From positions 1 through 25,888 of IMG/VR virus record IMGVR_UViG_3300033076_000693: a stretch of DNA of 25,888 nucleotides. The stretch is one strand, 5' to 3'. Source of the DNA: a virus. Its lineage: Duplodnaviria; Caudoviricetes. The notes under the pieces were generated by a model. It searched no databases. It was not told the DNA's origin and worked only from the letters and a program-made list of their open reading frames with translations. A program made the translations under genes and the position numbers. Shown piece by piece: positions 22,422 through 25,888 of this stretch (positions are counted from its first letter, which is position 1; each line of letters begins with the position of its first letter).

Positions 22422-22894
22422 TCGACTTTCTGGGTAATTTTATTGCTTTTTGAGAGAAGTGTCTCGACCCTGAAAAAACGATGTTTTTTGATTAGCACGC
22501 ACGGCTCGCGGTCGTTTTTGTCCTGCCGGTCGTAGCGCCCGCCCATCCGCACGCCGTCGTGGCGGGCGGGCATTACCCCGGCCCAGTAGATGCCGTCGTC
22601 GGCGGCGACGACGAACAGGACCGGCACGCCGGTCGCCGCGTGCAGGGCGCATCCGGCGGCAAATTTGTGTGCGCTTAACAGCACGCCGCCCATCGCGTCC
22701 ATTTCATCCATGTCATAGTGGCGGCGCTTGATTTCAGCGAATGCCCGAATGCCTTTGCCGTCCTCAAAGGCGGCGTCCACCTCGTAGAACGGTTTCAGGC
22801 GCTCGCCCGCGCAGCGCCACACATGTGCCAGCGCGTGCATGACCGCCGTCTCGTTATCGCGGTCGTGCTGGCTCTCGTAAATCGGGCGGCTCAT
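22418..22894 (-). CDS. PD-(D/E)XK-like nuclease
   Basis: RPIYESQHDRDNE...YEVDAAF...FAEIKRR...GRYDRQDKNDREP. Confidence 0.65.
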   Translation of the reverse strand: MSRPIYESQHDRDNETAVMHALAHVWRCAGERLKPFYEVDAAFEDGKGIRAFAEIKRRHYDMDEMDAMGGVLLSAHKFAAGCALHAATGVPVLFVVAADDGIYWAGVMPARHDGVRMGGRYDRQDKNDREPCVLIKKHRFFRVETLLSKSNKITQKVD

Positions 22895-23490
22895 CCCTGC
22901 CCCCTCAGTTTCGCCAGTGCCGCCCGGTCGGCCTCATCGAGATCGAGGCCCTCCAGCCAGTCGAGATCGGCCTCCAGATCGGCAGCCGGGCGCGCCACGA
23001 GCGTGCCCTCCTGTCCGGGCACGCTAGAGGGCTTGATGTCGACCGTGCGGCCCACGAGGTCGTCCCAGCGCGTCATGCCCTGCACCGGCACGACCGGGGC
23101 CAGCTGCACGCGCGCGTCAAGGTCTTCGTTCCAGCCGCTGAAGCGCACCCGGTCGATGGCGCAACCGAGCCGTCGCACTTCGAAGATGATGATCCCCGCC
23201 GGGGCATTCCGCATCAGGCCCAAAATCGTCGCCGGATGCTTGGGGGGCCTGACCTTTGGCGGTTTGGGGGCGGGGGGTGCCTTGGGCGGCTTCGGTGGTT
23301 TCTCGACCTTGGGCAACGCCAGCAGGACGTGCGCGAGATTGTTCTTCGTGATCCAGTTCAGGATCGCCGTCTCGACCAGCTTGTCGGGGGGCAGGCCCAC
23401 GTTGGCCGCGTAGCGCACGGCGCGGGCCGCCGTCGCCGACAGCGTCACCGTGAGCTGCTCCTCGGGCTCGGTGGTGATCAGGTCAGGCAT
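22891..23490 (-). CDS. hypothetical protein with possible N-terminal RHH and Pro/Lys-rich linker
   Basis: GGAGG RBS; LTVTLSATAARAVRYAA...; PKVEKPPKPPKAPPAPKPPK. Confidence 0.65.
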   Translation of the reverse strand: MPDLITTEPEEQLTVTLSATAARAVRYAANVGLPPDKLVETAILNWITKNNLAHVLLALPKVEKPPKPPKAPPAPKPPKVRPPKHPATILGLMRNAPAGIIIFEVRRLGCAIDRVRFSGWNEDLDARVQLAPVVPVQGMTRWDDLVGRTVDIKPSSVPGQEGTLVARPAADLEADLDWLEGLDLDEADRAALAKLRGQG

Positions 23491-23653
23491 TCTTGGCCTC
23501 CCGGTCGCGCCAGATCAGGTCGAGCCGAAGCCGGACAGCCTCGCGCAGGAACTCGCTGCGGCTCTCGCGCAGGACGGCGCACTCGTCATCCATCTGCGAA
23601 CATATCTCGATTGGCAGACTAAATCCGATCTGGGCCTTCAATTCGCGCGGCAT
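23483..23653 (-). CDS. ribbon-helix-helix (CopG/Arc-like) regulator, 56 aa
   Basis: Hand translation MPRELKAQIGFSLPIEICSQMDDECAVLRESRSEFLREAVRLRL...; GGAGG RBS. Confidence 0.75.
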   Translation of the reverse strand: MPRELKAQIGFSLPIEICSQMDDECAVLRESRSEFLREAVRLRLDLIWRDREAKNA

Positions 23654-23899
23654 CTGGTGTCCTCCACAATTATTATTATCAAGTACGGGAACGTCTCCGC
23701 GTCGGTCAAGGCCATTCTTGGCCTCCTTTCTGGCCGGGGGAGATAATTCAGGAAAGTGCGCTTTGCATTATTCGAATGGTAAAATACCAGCATTTACTGA
23801 AACAAATGATCGTCGGGTTGAAAAGTGATCTTGAACCGGCCCTATACCCTGTGGAGGTGATTGTGGTTTTTTTGGCCCCCTCCACCGGGGGTGTCGCTT

Positions 23900-24075
23900 C
23901 TGAGTGTGTTCTCCTCTACCTCTATCTAGGTAGTATTAATAGTATTATTTATATAAATATAAAAAGAATGAACAAAATCAATGACTTAAGCGGCGTTCTT
24001 AATTTGAACTATTAATGCATTATTTGAAATTATTCGTTATTATTCATGATTTCAATGATTTAGCTGTTTTACACG
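23900..24075. other. very AT-rich non-coding region between the early arm and the packaging genes
   Basis: Runs such as tagtattaatagtattatttatataaatataaaaa in a GC-rich genome; repeated TCAATGAYTTA. Confidence 0.7.
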
Positions 24076-24157
24076 CAAATATCCGCGAACCACTTGCGTT
24101 TTCGGGGATTTTTCCACACGACTGGGGCTTCAGCCTCAACCATTGCGGGCTTCCCAA

Positions 24158-24487
24158 ATGACCGAGCCTGTGACTGCTGAAAAAAGTACGGGCGATCAAA
24201 AGCCGCGCCGGGGTCGCAAGGCTGGCGTGCCCAACAAAGCCAGCATCGCGCGGCAGGCTGCCATCGCCGCGTCAGGCCTCACGCCGCTCGACTACATGCT
24301 CAAGCAGATGCGGAACGCCAAGCTGCCGCCCGACATGCGCCTCGATGCAGCACGATCCGCAGCTCCCTACGTCCACCCGAAACTCGCGCAGACGCAGATC
24401 ACGGGCGAGATGACCGTCAAGGCCGAGCTGAAATCCGAGCTGCTCGACAAGCTCGTCGCGCTCGTCTCAAAGGTCAAGCTCGCGTGA
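24158..24487 (+). CDS. terS: terminase small subunit
   Basis: GRKAGVPNK, TPLDYML, RLDAARSAAPYVHPKL; directly upstream of and coupled to terL. Confidence 0.75.
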   Translation: MTEPVTAEKSTGDQKPRRGRKAGVPNKASIARQAAIAASGLTPLDYMLKQMRNAKLPPDMRLDAARSAAPYVHPKLAQTQITGEMTVKAELKSELLDKLVALVSKVKLA

Positions 24488-25888
24488 ACATCGAGGCGCT
24501 CGCAACGCTCGACCCGAGCGCGGTGCGCGCCGAGCTGGCCTCGTGCAGCGTCGAGGATCTCGCCGCGTACGTCGCGCGCCTCGAATGGCTGCTCAACGCG
24601 CGCACCGCGCAGCGCATGCCCGAGGACGAATACTGGAACATCTGGCTGCTCATGGCCGGTCGCGGCTTCGGCAAGACCCGACCCGGTGCCGAGGAGACTT
24701 GGTGGTATGCTTACAAAAATCCCGGCGTGCGCTGCCACGTTCTGGCACCAACGCACAGCGACCTGCGCGGCGTCTGCTTCGAAGGCGAGAGCGGGCTGGT
24801 GGCGCGCATTCCGAAAGAGATACTGGAGAATTACAATTCGTCGCTGTCTGAGATCACAATTCGCGCGGCTGGCGGCAAAGGCAAGTCGCTGATCAAAGGC
24901 TTCAGCGCGACCGAGCCTGACCGCATGCGCGGCCCGCAGGCGCACTGGCTCTGGGGCGACGAAATCGCCGCGTGGCAGTACGCGCAGGAAGCATTCGACA
25001 TGGCGATGCTTGGCCTGCGCCTCGGGCAGAGGCCCCGCGCCATGTTCACGACGACGCCAAAGCCGGTCGAGCTGGTCCGCAAGCTCACGAAGCGCAAGGA
25101 CGTCATCCTCACGCGCGGCACGACGTACGACAACCGCGCCAACCTCGCGCCGACGTTCTTCGACCAGATCAAGGCGCTGGAGGGCACGCAGCTCGGCAGG
25201 CAGGAGCTTCAGGGCGAGCTGATCGATCCCGAGGAAAGCGGCATCGTGCGCCGCTCGTGGATCAAGCAGTGGCCCGCCAAAAAGCCGCTGCCCAAGTTCG
25301 AGCATATCCTGATGTCGCTCGACACGGCATTCACCGAGAAGACCATCGACACCAAAACCAAGGATCCCGACTACACCGCGTGCAGCGTCTGGGGCGTGTG
25401 GAACAATCCCGACACCAAGCGATTGGAGGTGATCCTACTCGATGCGTGGCAGGACCAGCTCGGCCTGCCCGATCTCGTCGCGAAAGTAAAACAGGAGCTG
25501 ACGTACCGATACGGCGAGATCGACAAGCCCGTCATCCGCCCCCTCGTCGGCCCCGCCATCGCGGAGGCGGGCGGCCGGAAGGTCGACACCATCGTCATCG
25601 AGGACATCGGCGCAGGCAAGTCCCTCCGGCAGTTCCTCGCGCAGTCAGGTGTTCCCGCCCTCGCCTACAACCCCGGCAAGGCCGACAAGCTCGCGCGCCT
25701 GCACCTCGCGTCGCCATTCTTCCGCCTCGGGCAGGTCTGGATGCCGGAAAGCGAAAACCGTCCGGGCGAGCTGAAGACGTGGTGCGAGGATCTCGTCTCG
25801 CAGCTCTGCGCGTTCCCCAACGTGCGCCACGACTCCGTGCCGTGGTGCGCGGCCTTCGTCGGCGCCATGCTCCATCGCGCTGGCGTCA
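24484..25888 (+). CDS. terL: terminase large subunit, 3'-partial with anomalous end
   Basis: Hand translation from GTG: WLLMAGRGFGKTR (Walker A), RGPQAHWLWGDEIAAW (Walker B), FTTTP, SLDTAFTEK...DPDYTA, IED, DKLAR, AFPNVRHD. Confidence 0.92.
   Translation, partial: MNIEALATLDPSAVRAELASCSVEDLAAYVARLEWLLNARTAQRMPEDEYWNIWLLMAGRGFGKTRPGAEETWWYAYKNPGVRCHVLAPTHSDLRGVCFEGESGLVARIPKEILENYNSSLSEITIRAAGGKGKSLIKGFSATEPDRMRGPQAHWLWGDEIAAWQYAQEAFDMAMLGLRLGQRPRAMFTTTPKPVELVRKLTKRKDVILTRGTTYDNRANLAPTFFDQIKALEGTQLGRQELQGELIDPEESGIVRRSWIKQWPAKKPLPKFEHILMSLDTAFTEKTIDTKTKDPDYTACSVWGVWNNPDTKRLEVILLDAWQDQLGLPDLVAKVKQELTYRYGEIDKPVIRPLVGPAIAEAGGRKVDTIVIEDIGAGKSLRQFLAQSGVPALAYNPGKADKLARLHLASPFFRLGQVWMPESENRPGELKTWCEDLVSQLCAFPNVRHDSVPWCAAFVGAMLHRAGV

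Noticed and set aside
23240-23310. Tandem DNA repeat
   Set aside because: Only reflects a Pro/Lys-rich linker; codons are not repeated exactly.
23776-24015. 79-aa ORF across the AT-rich region
   Set aside because: Atypical composition and codon usage, no RBS; more likely non-coding.
24484-25888. Gene transfer agent cluster, given the GTA-like terL motifs
   Set aside because: The terminase adjoins a full phage replication and early region, which GTA structural clusters lack.

Overview
About 25.9 kb of a GC-rich tailed dsDNA phage or prophage, probably infecting an Alphaproteobacterium (it encodes GcrA). Order: a partial GT-B/CgeB-like glycosyltransferase gene and gcrA; a leftward array of small translationally coupled accessory genes (1.2-6.1 kb); a replication/recombination module (RadD-like SF2 helicase, Cas4-like exonuclease, DUF669 SSB, Sak4-like ATPase, then a divergent double-HTH Cro-like gene, RusA and a primase-polymerase); two rightward operons of small genes (14.2-17.2 kb); a second leftward accessory array (17.2-23.7 kb); an AT-rich intergenic region; terS and a partial terL. 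No integrase, DNA polymerase, RNA gene or CRISPR array was seen. The main unexplained structure is that the two accessory arrays (3215-5179 and 17459-20075) share nine collinear, near-identical 17-44 bp anchor blocks separated by apparently unrelated modules, frame-preserving where they lie inside genes. Several cassettes are flanked by short direct repeats whose deletion restores the other copy's architecture, which suggests anchor-guided gene and domain shuffling. A conserved ~75-bp promoter plus 5' hairpin leader occurs four times. At the window end, terL switches in frame into a lysin-like sequence. Family assignments come from motif recognition, not database searches.
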